Source of the DNA: an uncultured bacterium
GTDB lineage: Bacteria; Patescibacteriota; Microgenomatia; UBA1400; CG1-02-47-37
Assembly (NCBI GenBank): GCA_963980215.1
Contig: CAXBYZ010000001.1
Location: 7,370-71,369 of the forward strand
Length of the DNA stretch: 64,000 nucleotides
Direction: 5' to 3'
The translations under genes were made by a program, and so were the position numbers. Shown here in pieces: positions 1-9,110 of this stretch (position 1 is the first letter of the stretch; every line of letters begins with the position of its first letter). The notes beneath the pieces were generated by a model. The model was not told where the DNA came from, searched no databases, and saw nothing but the letters and a program-made list of their open reading frames with translations.

Positions 1-1142
1 TTTGGATATAACTCTGGCTGAGTAATGAAGTAGGAGACGAGGTCTTTTACTTGAGATAAATGTTCAATTCTTTGGCTAATCAATGGCCATATTTTTTTGA
101 GTTTTTCTTTGGTTAGTTCTTTTGGGGTGAATTTTTCTAGTCTTTTTAGGATATCTTCTGGTGGTAGTTTTCTTATCCACTGAGAATTAAACCAGTTTAG
201 TTTGTCGATATCTGCAATTGGACCTTGGATGTGCATCTTTTTAAAAGTAAAGTGTTTGATAAATTCTTTTAGGTCAAAGATTTCTTTACCCTGAGGATGA
301 TTCCAAACTCTTGTGGCTAGAAAGTTGATAATTGCTTCTTTTAGGTAACCCTTGTCTTGATACCACTCAACAGAAGCGTGACCGTGACGTTTTGATAACT
401 TTGATTTATCTGGATTTCTTAGTAATGGAGTGTGAATAAATTTGGGTGGTTCCCAGTTGAAGTATTGGTAAAGTAAGACATGTTTGGGAGCTGAACTGAT
501 CCATTCCTCTCCCCTTAGCATATGAGTAATTTCCATTAAGTGGTCATCGATAACCACGGCTAGATGATAAGTGGGAAAGCCATCTGATTTTAGAATAACT
601 TGATCGTCGATAGTGTTTGAGTCGAACTTAATTTCTCCTCTAACCAAGTCTTTAACTGTGATAGTTTTATTTGTTGGAATTTTAAGTCTAGTAACATAAG
701 ACTCTGTTTTAATTTTTTCTTGGATTTCTTTTTTGGATAGGTTACGACAGTGTTTATCGTACATTGGCGGCTGACCTTTTTTCTGAAGATCTTTTCTAAC
801 TTGATCTAGTCTTTCTGGTGAGCAAAAGCAGTAGTAGGCGTGGCCTTTGTCGATTAACTGTTTTGAGTATTTTTGGTAAAGATCTAGTCTTTCTGATTGA
901 CGGTAGGGACCAAAATCTCCTTTTTTTAAGGGACTTTCGTCTGGAGAAAGATCAAACCACTCAAGAGTATTAAAGATAACTTCTTCGGAACCTTCGACTT
1001 GCCTTTTTTTATCGGTGTCTTCAATTCGAAGAATGAATTTGCCTTGATTTTGTTTGGCGTAGGCAAAATCTAGTAAAGCTTGAAGGATGGTAGCTATATG
1101 AGGATTACCTGTTGGTGACGGGGCAAGTCTAGTTCTAATCAT
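1..1142 (-). CDS. gltX: glutamate--tRNA ligase, N-terminal/catalytic part (3' end lies beyond the window start)
   Basis: Reverse-strand translation from ATG (complement of 1140-1142) gives MIRTRLAPSPTGNPHIATIL...GKFILRIEDTDKKR..., the class I GluRS/GlnRS core with PSPTG, HIG-like and RIEDTD motifs. No stop before the window edge, hence absent from the ORF track. Confidence 0.8.
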   Translation of the reverse strand, partial: MIRTRLAPSPTGNPHIATILQALLDFAYAKQNQGKFILRIEDTDKKRQVEGSEEVIFNTLEWFDLSPDESPLKKGDFGPYRQSERLDLYQKYSKQLIDKGHAYYCFCSPERLDQVRKDLQKKGQPPMYDKHCRNLSKKEIQEKIKTESYVTRLKIPTNKTITVKDLVRGEIKFDSNTIDDQVILKSDGFPTYHLAVVIDDHLMEITHMLRGEEWISSAPKHVLLYQYFNWEPPKFIHTPLLRNPDKSKLSKRHGHASVEWYQDKGYLKEAIINFLATRVWNHPQGKEIFDLKEFIKHFTFKKMHIQGPIADIDKLNWFNSQWIRKLPPEDILKRLEKFTPKELTKEKLKKIWPLISQRIEHLSQVKDLVSYFITQPELYP

Positions 1143-1182
1143 TTGCTTGAATTGTAACAGAGAAAACAGCTATACTCAAAGT

Positions 1183-2256
1183 ATGGCAACCTTAACGGAA
1201 ACAGCGGCGGCGGCAAGGAAAATAATTAAGGTGGGGGGATTGTTGTTGGGTGTGTTTCTATTTGTAAAATTTTCTTGGTTTATTTATGTTAATTACATCA
1301 TGGCAATTAAGCCTCCCCCAAAAGAACCGCCGACGGTGGCTTTTGGTAAACTGCCAACGATTGAGTTTCCTGAAAAACTACATCCGGAGTTAACTTTAAG
1401 ACTAGAAACACCCTCTGGTGGAACTCCCAACTTGGGTGATAGAGGCACAGTTTACTTGATGCCGACTTTCCGATCGAGTTTTCTGGCCTTACAACAAGCA
1501 AATGAGTTGGTGTCTAAAATTAATTTCTTAAAAACACCTAAAGAAATTACAGAGCGTAGATATCGCTGGGAAAATGATGAATTTTTGCCAAGTATTTTGG
1601 AGATGGATATTATTGATGGCTCTTTTACTCTAAAACGAAATTGGCAGTCTGACCCAACGATTTTATCTGAAAAACAATTGCCAGGAAAAGAGCAAGTGGT
1701 GGTGGAGACAAAAAACTTTTTGAGACAAATTGGTTTGTATACTGAAGATTTAAACGAAGCTCGAATTGAAGTGACGTATCTAACTTTTTCGGCTGGTCAG
1801 TACATTAAAGCAGTTAGTTTATCTGAAGCAGATTTTGTTCAGGCTGATTTGTATCGGCCAGATGTTGAAGAGATGGTGTCTATGCCCCAAGACCCGAATA
1901 AGGGAATTATAAGAATAATTTTTTCTGGAGCAAGAGAAGCTGAGAAAAGAATTGTAGAAGCTGAGTATAATTATTTTCCGGTTAACCTAGAACAGGAAGC
2001 TACCTACCCGATTAAGACCGCTAGTCAAGCATGGAGGGAGTTACAGACAAGACAAGGATACATCGCTAGTATTGGAGAAAACACTAGTGAAGTGATTACG
2101 ATTCGAAGAATTTATTTGGGATATTTTGATGCTGAATCTTCATCTGGATTTTTACAACCGATTATTATCTTTGAGGGTGATAATGATTTTTTTGGATATG
2201 TTCAAGCAATCTCTAGTGAGTGGCTAGAGGAACCTCTAACCAATGGTGGTTATTAA
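1183..2256 (+). CDS. hypothetical membrane-anchored protein (N-terminal TM helix)
   Basis: ORF track 1147..2256. The first ATG with a plausible upstream TTGAAT-18nt-TATACT is at 1183 (MATLTETAAAARKIIKVGGLLLGVFLF...). No recognisable family. Confidence 0.5.
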   Translation: MATLTETAAAARKIIKVGGLLLGVFLFVKFSWFIYVNYIMAIKPPPKEPPTVAFGKLPTIEFPEKLHPELTLRLETPSGGTPNLGDRGTVYLMPTFRSSFLALQQANELVSKINFLKTPKEITERRYRWENDEFLPSILEMDIIDGSFTLKRNWQSDPTILSEKQLPGKEQVVVETKNFLRQIGLYTEDLNEARIEVTYLTFSAGQYIKAVSLSEADFVQADLYRPDVEEMVSMPQDPNKGIIRIIFSGAREAEKRIVEAEYNYFPVNLEQEATYPIKTASQAWRELQTRQGYIASIGENTSEVITIRRIYLGYFDAESSSGFLQPIIIFEGDNDFFGYVQAISSEWLEEPLTNGGY

Positions 2257-3166
2257 AAGCCCACTCAATTAATTGAGTTGACTCTCCAAAACGGTCTTGA
2301 CTACCTAAAATAACGGTAATAATTTCTTGATTACCTCTTTTGGTGTAAGTGACCAAACACTCACCTGCTAACTCTGTCCAACCGGTTTTAACTCCGATTA
2401 AACCATCAAGGTTGCCCAAAAGTTCGTTAATGGTTTCTAAATCGTGAGTGATAGTATTGGTGGTGTCGCTAACCGAAATGGTTTTAGTGTTAACCATTTT
2501 TTTAAAAGTGGGGTTATCCATAGCAATGGCGGCTAGAATGGCAATATCATGAACGGTGCTGTAGTGGCCGTAAGAGTCTAGACCGGCAGGGTTTTGAAAT
2601 TGAGTATCTTTTAAGTTTAGTTCTCTAGTTTTGTCGTTCATGGCTTTAACAAAACCATTTTCTCCCTCTTTGTGAAAGTTGGCTAAAGCTGAAGCAGCGT
2701 CGTTACCCGACTGAACCAAAAGACCATAAAGCAAGTTTTTTACGGTGATTTCTTCTCCAGGTTCTAGCTCCATAATTTGACCGATGTTTTCTGGCGTGTT
2801 GATTGTGATTACTTGATCTAGTTGGTAGTTGTCTAAGACAACTAAGGCAGTCATGATCTTGGTGATTGATGCTAGGGGGAGTTTTAGATCAGGATTTTTT
2901 TGGTGCATAATTGCTTTTGAGTTTTGATCGATAACGATGATTGATTTAGCGGTTAGATATGGGGCATTGATGTTGGTGTAGTTAACTGGATAATCTGAGA
3001 TAGATAAAAATTGATGATTGGATGGTCTGACTATTGGATTGTCTTGAGATAAATTTAATGAATAGTAGTAGTTTCTGGCTGGAAGAAGAGAAAGGAAAAT
3101 AAGCCCAAGAATAAAGTTAGTTTTTAGCTTTGGAGAGGATTTAATAAACTTGAGAAAAGTCTTCAT
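2213..3166 (-). CDS. D-alanyl-D-alanine carboxypeptidase (PBP5/6, serine-type)
   Basis: Signal peptide, then SxxK (SITKIMTALVVLD), SGN (SGND) and KTG (KTGWT) active-site motifs. Confidence 0.8.
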   Translation of the reverse strand: MKTFLKFIKSSPKLKTNFILGLIFLSLLPARNYYYSLNLSQDNPIVRPSNHQFLSISDYPVNYTNINAPYLTAKSIIVIDQNSKAIMHQKNPDLKLPLASITKIMTALVVLDNYQLDQVITINTPENIGQIMELEPGEEITVKNLLYGLLVQSGNDAASALANFHKEGENGFVKAMNDKTRELNLKDTQFQNPAGLDSYGHYSTVHDIAILAAIAMDNPTFKKMVNTKTISVSDTTNTITHDLETINELLGNLDGLIGVKTGWTELAGECLVTYTKRGNQEIITVILGSQDRFGESTQLIEWAFNNHHWLEVPLATH

Positions 3167-4554
3167 TTGATAGATTTAAGGTGAAGTTCCTTTAATTGCT
3201 CTGGGGTTGGGATAGAAGGAGCATTTAGAACTGCAGTTTGGCCAGAAGAAATAGTTGGAAATGCCATGACTTCCCTTAGGTTTGGCTCACCGTATAGGAC
3301 CATTAAGAGTCTGTCTATTCCTGGAGCAATACCTCCGTGTGGAGGAACACCGTACTGGAAAGCGGTGAGCATGTGAGTAAATTCTTGTTTTTGTTCTTTG
3401 GTAAAACCAATTAGTTCAAAGATTTTTTCTTGAACTTTTGAATCGTGAATTCTAATAGATCCCCCGCCAACCTCAAAACCATTTAAAACTAAGTCATGCT
3501 GAAGGCCCCTAACTTTTAGAGGATCTTTGTCTAGCAGGTGAACGTCGTCTGGGTGAGGTGAAGTAAACATGTGATGACTGGGGGCAAATTGAGCATTACC
3601 TGAACCATGGAAGTAGTCTTCCTTTGATTGTTTGTTGAATAGAGGAAAGTCGAGTGTCCAAGCAAAAGCTAGTTCGTTTGGATCTTTTTTGTCCTTTCTT
3701 AAGTCAGGTTTATCTGAGCCGTATTTTTTTTGAGCCTCTGAGTGAGAAATTCTTGGCCAAGGTGTTTGTTGGATCTTTTTTTCTGGAAATATCTCTTTGA
3801 CTAAAGAGGTAAACATTTTTTCGGTGAGTTGGAGAATGTCTTCTTGAGTGACAAATGACATCTCGATATCTAGCTGAGTGAATTCTCCGTAGGCTCGATC
3901 GGCACGAGGGTCTTCGTCTCTAAAACATTTAGCAAATTGAAAGTAGCGCTCGAAACCGGCAACCATTAGAAGTTGTTTGTATTGTTGAGGGCTTTGAGGT
4001 AAAGCATAAAACTTACCTGCTTGAAGCCGAGATGGAACGAGAAAATCTCTGGCACCTTCTGGTGTGGTTTTGGTAAGAATAGGGGTTTCTATTTCGACAA
4101 AATCATGATTGGTTAAGTAGTCTCTGATGAACTTTACTGTCTTAGATCTGGTCTTGATGTTTCTATTCATGCGGGGTCTTCGAAGATCTAGGTAGCGATA
4201 CTTCATACGCATCTCTTCATTGATGTCGTGACCGTCTCCAGTAACGGGAATTGGTAGTTCTTTTGATTGGGTGATGATGTCTATTTTTTTGGCTTGGATT
4301 TCTACCTGACCGGTTTCTAGTTTGTCATTGGCTAATTTTCCGGGTCTTTTAACTACCTTGCCGGTAACGGCGATGACATATTCTGGTTTTAAAACAACAT
4401 CTAGGTTTTCGGCGATGACCTGAACTAGACCACTTCTATCTCGAAGGTCAAAGAAAACTAGCTTGCCATGACCCCTGACTGAGTTAACCCAACCTTTGAG
4501 TAAGATAGACTTACCGACATTTTCTGGAGTGGAAATGACTAAGGTTCTTTTCAT
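3163..4554 (-). CDS. aspS: aspartate--tRNA ligase (short archaeal/non-discriminating-type length)
   Basis: Class II aaRS motifs (FRDEDPRADR, QSPQQYKQLLMVAGFERYFQ, GGGSIRIHD). True ATG at complement 4552-4554 (MKRTLVIS); the track's longer ORF begins upstream at a non-conserved extension. Confidence 0.85.
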   Translation of the reverse strand: MKRTLVISTPENVGKSILLKGWVNSVRGHGKLVFFDLRDRSGLVQVIAENLDVVLKPEYVIAVTGKVVKRPGKLANDKLETGQVEIQAKKIDIITQSKELPIPVTGDGHDINEEMRMKYRYLDLRRPRMNRNIKTRSKTVKFIRDYLTNHDFVEIETPILTKTTPEGARDFLVPSRLQAGKFYALPQSPQQYKQLLMVAGFERYFQFAKCFRDEDPRADRAYGEFTQLDIEMSFVTQEDILQLTEKMFTSLVKEIFPEKKIQQTPWPRISHSEAQKKYGSDKPDLRKDKKDPNELAFAWTLDFPLFNKQSKEDYFHGSGNAQFAPSHHMFTSPHPDDVHLLDKDPLKVRGLQHDLVLNGFEVGGGSIRIHDSKVQEKIFELIGFTKEQKQEFTHMLTAFQYGVPPHGGIAPGIDRLLMVLYGEPNLREVMAFPTISSGQTAVLNAPSIPTPEQLKELHLKSIK

Positions 4555-4582
4555 AAAGTGATTGTATCTGTAAATCTGGTGG

Positions 4583-4617
4583 TTGACAAGAAAGAATGAT
4601 TTGCTATGATAGCAAAG
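4583..4617 (+). promoter_or_regulatory. sigma70-like promoter (TTGACA-17nt-TATGAT) facing the Cys-rich ORF at 4774
   Basis: TTGACA at 4583-4588, 17-nt spacer, TATGAT; read directly from the sequence. Confidence 0.4.
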
Positions 4618-4709
4618 AATTAATATGACAGTAAATCGAGTTTTTAACCACCTTACTATTAAGATCCGCGTTGCGGGGGCCAATTCTTGGCTCTTTATTA
4701 ACGCAGATC

Positions 4710-4766
4710 AGGAGGTGGCTTAGAAAGCTAATAAATAATTTATTAACACCTCCTTAAATAAGGAGG
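4710..4766 (+). promoter_or_regulatory. structured 5' leader with anti-SD/SD alternative pairing
   Basis: AGGAGGTG (4710-4717) ... palindrome TAATAAATAATTTATTA (4729-4745) ... CACCTCCT (4747-4754) ... SD AAGGAGG (4760-4766), ATG at 4774. CACCTCCT can pair perfectly with the upstream AGGAGGTG or 7/8 with the SD. Confidence 0.3.
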
Positions 4767-4773
4767 TTTTTTT

Positions 4774-5283
4774 ATGGTTGAATCGCAATCACGAGCAGTG
4801 TTGGTTAACCGGCAAAGAGCAACGTTAGTATCTGTGTTTGATCTAGTTGCTGATGTTGCTGGGAGTGTTGATGATCATTTAAAAGCAAGAAGTGATCCAA
4901 GAAAAAAACTTTTTATTAGAAAATGTTTTTCGGATCCATATTCCTGTAGATCTTCACTTATACAAACAAATGAATGTGGTAGGCATGGTGAGAAAAAAGT
5001 GGTGTGCCACCCAGATATAGGACCTAGAGAAATTCCAGAAATAATCGTTGAAAAACAAAGTAATGTGGTAGTATACCAAGCGACTGGGTGTCAAAATCCT
5101 CCCATTGAATGTATATATAACAAAAAAACTCCGAATTTAGGTTCAACTTGTAATCATCCAAGAATTAGAACCCCCCAGTCAGGAACACATATTATTCGAT
5201 GCACTGATCATAACGATAAAAAGCAATATTTTTCATTACAAAAGGATGGCTTAGGAGCAACAATCGATGCAATTAATAAGTAA
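4774..5283 (+). CDS. hypothetical cysteine-rich small protein (169 aa, about 8 Cys, no signal peptide)
   Basis: ORF with strong SD (AAGGAGG, 7 nt before ATG) and upstream promoter. No family recognised. Confidence 0.45.
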   Translation: MVESQSRAVLVNRQRATLVSVFDLVADVAGSVDDHLKARSDPRKKLFIRKCFSDPYSCRSSLIQTNECGRHGEKKVVCHPDIGPREIPEIIVEKQSNVVVYQATGCQNPPIECIYNKKTPNLGSTCNHPRIRTPQSGTHIIRCTDHNDKKQYFSLQKDGLGATIDAINK

Positions 5284-5341
5284 AAAATGAGTTAGAGTTG
5301 AGTTATAATTAGTTGGTATCAGCTAAGTGTTTATAGACTTT

Positions 5342-5494
5342 ATTTTTAGCTGTAAGGTTTTGTTGCCGTTCCACTCGTTTTTATCGATAGTGTAGATAAT
5401 ATCTATTTTTTGACCTGATTTTAACTTGGTGGCTTTGGCGCCGAGATTAAAAGCGATGGCGGGCAGGTTGTCCTGCAGGGAGAGTCCTTGCAGG
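5342..5494. repeat. 153-bp perfect direct repeat, copy A (orphan copy of the recJ 3' coding end)
   Basis: Identical over 153 nt to 6056-6208 by direct comparison. About 12 nt further left shows degraded similarity (9/12). Confidence 0.9.
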
Positions 5495-5737
5495 TTAGTG
5501 ATAGGCGGATTGGCGGTGGGCGATGGAAAAAATGGTGATGGTTGAGCTTTTAATTGAGTAAATTATTCGGTAAGGCCAAGCTCTGACTGAGTATAAATCT
5601 TTTAATTCACCTCTTAAAATTTTGCCGGCTTTAGGGTCGTTGGTTAGGGCTTCTAGTTTTCTGACTATTTTTTTCTTTTCAACTAAAGGAAGTTTTTTGA
5701 GTTGTTTAATTACTTGAGGTTTATAAACAATCTTCAT
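5495..5737 (-). CDS. type II toxin, RelE/ParE superfamily
   Basis: 80 aa: KIVYKPQVIKQLKKLP...DPKAGKILRGELKDLYSVRAWPYRIIYSI...IFSIAHRQSAYH. Overlaps the upstream antitoxin by 4 nt (ATGA). Confidence 0.8.
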   Translation of the reverse strand: MKIVYKPQVIKQLKKLPLVEKKKIVRKLEALTNDPKAGKILRGELKDLYSVRAWPYRIIYSIKSSTITIFSIAHRQSAYH

Positions 5738-6006
5738 GGAGTTAAACCAATGGCTTTGAGCATGTCTGAGTGAGAGATAGTATTTGTTTCTTTTTTACTT
5801 TGACGTATAGCGGATAACTCTTTTTTGTTTTGTAAGATATCGAGAGTTTCTTGCCAAGACTCAAGCTCTTTTTTACTAATTAACACTACTGGTTCCGAAC
5901 CCCTCAATTTAATAACAAAACTTTTCAAGCCAAGACTGGCTGACTTGATGATTGAGTAAAGATTTTCCCTAGTTTCGCTTGCTGTAAGAGTTGCTGAATA
6001 ATTCAT
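5734..6006 (-). CDS. type II antitoxin, Phd/YefM family
   Basis: 90 aa: ...RENLYSIIKSASLGLKSFVIKLRGSEPVVLISKKELESWQETLDIL... Upstream of and translationally coupled to the RelE-like gene. Confidence 0.75.
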   Translation of the reverse strand: MNYSATLTASETRENLYSIIKSASLGLKSFVIKLRGSEPVVLISKKELESWQETLDILQNKKELSAIRQSKKETNTISHSDMLKAIGLTP

Positions 6007-6014
6007 ATTAACAT

Positions 6015-6043
6015 ATCGTACTATTACTCGTACTAGTTGTCAA
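6015..6043 (-). promoter_or_regulatory. promoter of the phd-relE cassette (TTGACA-17nt-TACGAT on the minus strand) with CGTACT direct repeats
   Basis: Minus-strand reading: TTGACAactagtacgagtaatagTACGAT. Repeated CGTACTA motifs form a likely operator. Confidence 0.4.
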
Positions 6044-7710
6044 GTAATAGATTTGATTTTTAGCTGTAAGGTTTTGTTGCCGTTCCACTCGTTTTTATCG
6101 ATAGTGTAGATAATATCTATTTTTTGACCTGATTTTAACTTGGTGGCTTTGGCGCCGAGATTAAAAGCGATGGCGGGCAGGTTGTCCTGCAGGGAGAGTC
6201 CTTGCAGGGTGAGTTTTAAGTGTTTTTGGTCTTGGCCAACGGTACGAAAATCTACAAGCTCAACCTTTTTACTAATAAAGAGGGGTGGTTTGTTGCCAAA
6301 ACCGCTTGGTTCTAGTTTTTCTAGTTCTTCAAATAATTCCCAGTTAATATCTGAAAGGTTTAGCTGACAGTCTATGTTTATGGTTGGGGTAAGTTGGTCT
6401 TTGGTAAGTTCTTTTTCTGCTAAATCTTCTAGCCTCTTTTGAACTTCTGGTAAGTTAACGTTTTTAACAGTAAAGCCGGCGGCCATTTGGTGACCACCGT
6501 GTTCTAAGATTATGTCTTCCATGCTTCTAATAGCTTTTAAAACATTAAAACCTTTGATGGATCTAGCTGAGGCTTTTGAAAATGTTTCTCCCATGGAGAC
6601 GACAAAGGCTGGTTTGTAGTATTTTTCTACTAAACGGCTGGCAACTAGACCAACAATACCTTCATGGTAAGACTGGTGTTGAACAAAATTTAGTTTCTTC
6701 TTTGATTGGTTGTGCTCGATTATTTGATTGTTGGCATGAAAGTACATCTTCATGGTTTTGTCTTGTCTTTCTAGGTTGGTTTGGTTTAGGTTGTTGGCTA
6801 GTTTGTTGGCTTTTTCTAGACTGGTGGTGCAGAGAAGTCTTAGAGAATCTAGAGCGTGTTCGAGTCTGGCCATGGCGTTTAACCTGGGACCAATCATATA
6901 GCCAATTTGGTAAGTGGCGATGGTTGGTAACTCTATCTTTGAAACTGAAGCGAGGGCATTTAAACCAATTCTTTTGGATTGTTTTAGTGACTCTAGGCCA
7001 AATTTAACTAAGGAGCGATTGGCTTTGGTAAGAGGAACCATGTCTGCGATAGTACCAATGGCAACTAGTTCTAGTGAAGTTTCTAGGTCTTTTAACTCTC
7101 TTGCTAAAAACCAAGAAACACCAACACCAGCTAACTTTGTGGTGTGAACAACACTAACTACTTTTGGGTAGTAGGGTTTTTTGTTTTTTACTTTTGGTTG
7201 GTGGTGGTCGGTGATGATGACATCGATACCCTTTTTGGCGGCATACTCAGAGCCTTTGAAAGCTGAGATGCCGTTATCTACAGTGATGATTAACTGACAG
7301 GGTCCATCCTTGTCAGAGAGAATTTGGTCGATGCCATCTGGAGATAGACCACGGATAGTGTCGCCTCTTCCGGGAATGTAGGGCATGACCTTGGCTTTTA
7401 AAGCGTGAAGAGATTCCCATAAGACTGCTGTAGAAGTGATGCCGTCGGCATCGTAGTCTCCGTAGATATAGATTAGCTCTTTATTCTTGATGGCTTTTTT
7501 GATACGAGTGACGGCTTTTTTTAGTTGAACTTTGTTAATACCCACATCCTCTGGTTTAATTTTTTCTGGATCGATAGGGTTTAGAAAATCTTTTTGGTCT
7601 GCTTTGGTTTTTATGCCTCGATTAATTAAGATAGCAGAGATAATTTTATCTCGTCTTTTTTTGAGATCAGTATCTTTTATTTTTGATTTGATTTTTATTA
7701 TCTTATCCAT
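6040..7710 (-). CDS. recJ: single-stranded-DNA-specific exonuclease RecJ
   Basis: DHH motifs (IYIYGDYDADGITSTAVL; VIITDHHQP) and DHHA1-like region. Start taken as ATG for MDKIIKIK (7710); the track ORF extends to 7836 with alternative starts 7725/7836. Confidence 0.85.
   Translation of the reverse strand: MDKIIKIKSKIKDTDLKKRRDKIISAILINRGIKTKADQKDFLNPIDPEKIKPEDVGINKVQLKKAVTRIKKAIKNKELIYIYGDYDADGITSTAVLWESLHALKAKVMPYIPGRGDTIRGLSPDGIDQILSDKDGPCQLIITVDNGISAFKGSEYAAKKGIDVIITDHHQPKVKNKKPYYPKVVSVVHTTKLAGVGVSWFLARELKDLETSLELVAIGTIADMVPLTKANRSLVKFGLESLKQSKRIGLNALASVSKIELPTIATYQIGYMIGPRLNAMARLEHALDSLRLLCTTSLEKANKLANNLNQTNLERQDKTMKMYFHANNQIIEHNQSKKKLNFVQHQSYHEGIVGLVASRLVEKYYKPAFVVSMGETFSKASARSIKGFNVLKAIRSMEDIILEHGGHQMAAGFTVKNVNLPEVQKRLEDLAEKELTKDQLTPTINIDCQLNLSDINWELFEELEKLEPSGFGNKPPLFISKKVELVDFRTVGQDQKHLKLTLQGLSLQDNLPAIAFNLGAKATKLKSGQKIDIIYTIDKNEWNGNKTLQLKIKSIT
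6056..6208. repeat. 153-bp perfect direct repeat, copy B (functional 3' end of recJ)
   Basis: Identical to 5342-5494. Encodes the last ~51 codons of RecJ (minus the final 4 codons). Confidence 0.9.
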
Positions 7711-7730
7711 AACGGTTATAATCATAACAT

Positions 7731-9074
7731 ATGGAAGTTTTGCTACCGAAACTAGTCGTAAAAGTGATGGGGGTGCTGGAAAAGGCCGGATTTGAAGTAT
7801 ATGTGGTAGGAGGAGCGGTGAGAGATTTGCTTTCAAAAAAGAAAGTTTATGATTGGGATTTTACTACTAATGCAAAGCCTGAAGAAATTACTAAACTTTT
7901 TGAAGATAGTTTTTATGATAATGCTTTTGGAACAGTTGGAGTAGCTGAAAAACATTTGGGTGGTGATGGTGATGGTGTTTTTGAGATAACTACTTTTAGA
8001 AGTGAGGGAAAGTATAGTGATAAACGCCGACCAGATAAAGTGGTTTGGGGGAAGAGTTTGGATGAAGATTTAAAGAGAAGAGATTTTACTATTAATGCGA
8101 TGGCGATTGATAAGAATCTAAAGATTATTGATCCATTTGATGGCCAGAAAGACTTGAAAGCTAAGATTGTAAAGGCGGTGGGTGCAGCTGATGTACGATT
8201 TAATGAGGATGCATTAAGAATGATGAGAGCTATTCGAATTGCTGCTCAACTAGGATTTATTATTGAAGAAAAAACCTTGAAAGCTATTAGCAAGAACTCA
8301 AAACTGATTAATAAAATTGCACTTGAGAGAGTGAGAGATGAGTTTTTAAAGATTATTGCTTCTGACTACCCAAAAGATGGGGTTTTGATGTTGTTTAGTA
8401 GTGGTTTACTTGAACTTATTATTCCTGAGTTGATTGAGATGCGTGGAGTTGATCAAGCTGGGCACCACACAAAAGATGTGTGGAACCATAGTTTGGATGC
8501 ACTTGAAGCCTGTCCATCTAGTAATGTGATTGTGCGGCTTGCTACCCTACTTCATGATGTAGGTAAGCCAAAAGCCAATATGGATCGAGGGGTGGGTAAA
8601 GAGATTACTTTTTATAACCATGAGGTGATTGGAGCCAGAATGGTGAAGAAGATTGCCAGAAGACTTAAGATGAGCAAAAAACAGATTGATTTACTCTGGC
8701 TACTGGTACGCTGGCATATGTTTGCATATGATAGCCACATGACAGATAAATCAATTCGAAGATTTATTAAAAGAGTGGGGGTAGAGAATATTTCTAAAAT
8801 GATGGATTTGAGGGTTGGTGATCGAGTCGGGGGTGGAACTAAGGCAACTAGCTGGAGACTGGAAGAGTTGAAAAAAAGAATTGTGGAAGTTCAAAAAACG
8901 CCAATGCAAGTGAAAGACTTGAAAGTATCTGGCCATGATGTGATGGAGATTTTAGAGATTAAGGGTGGGAAAAAAGTGGGTGAGGTTTTAAATATCTTAT
9001 TTGAGGAAGTGATGGAAGATAGCGAGAAAAATGAGAGGGAGTACTTGTTAAAGAGGGTTAAGGAAGTTAAATAA
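7731..9074 (+). CDS. cca: CCA-adding tRNA nucleotidyltransferase (class II NTase head + HD domain)
   Basis: GGAVRDLL head motif; HD domain (HHTKDVWNHSLD...LLHDVGKP). Alternative start at 7767 (MGVLEKAGFEVYVVGG). Confidence 0.85.
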   Translation: MEVLLPKLVVKVMGVLEKAGFEVYVVGGAVRDLLSKKKVYDWDFTTNAKPEEITKLFEDSFYDNAFGTVGVAEKHLGGDGDGVFEITTFRSEGKYSDKRRPDKVVWGKSLDEDLKRRDFTINAMAIDKNLKIIDPFDGQKDLKAKIVKAVGAADVRFNEDALRMMRAIRIAAQLGFIIEEKTLKAISKNSKLINKIALERVRDEFLKIIASDYPKDGVLMLFSSGLLELIIPELIEMRGVDQAGHHTKDVWNHSLDALEACPSSNVIVRLATLLHDVGKPKANMDRGVGKEITFYNHEVIGARMVKKIARRLKMSKKQIDLLWLLVRWHMFAYDSHMTDKSIRRFIKRVGVENISKMMDLRVGDRVGGGTKATSWRLEELKKRIVEVQKTPMQVKDLKVSGHDVMEILEIKGGKKVGEVLNILFEEVMEDSEKNEREYLLKRVKEVK

Positions 9075-9088
9075 GACAATTACCTCTA

Positions 9089-9107
9089 TCACACCTTAGA
9101 GGTGTGA
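9089..9107. repeat. REP-like hairpin, family A (TCACACCT-TAG-AGGTGTGA)
   Basis: 8-bp stem/3-nt loop within the 21-mer ATCACACCTTAGAGGTGTGAT. Identical copies at 9819, 34731 and 47216. Confidence 0.7.
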
Positions 9108-9110
9108 TTT

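Noticed and set aside
4666-4691. GC-rich hairpins CCGCGTTGCGGG and GCCAATTCTTGGC as an intrinsic terminator
   Set aside because: No upstream gene on the plus strand within reach and no U-tract on the minus strand. More likely part of the aspS/Cys-ORF leader region.
6140-7147. Plus-strand ORFs (6140..6367, 6576..7007, 6914..7147) antisense within recJ
   Set aside because: Fully embedded in a well-supported minus-strand gene, with no recognisable motifs and low-complexity composition. Treated as shadow ORFs.
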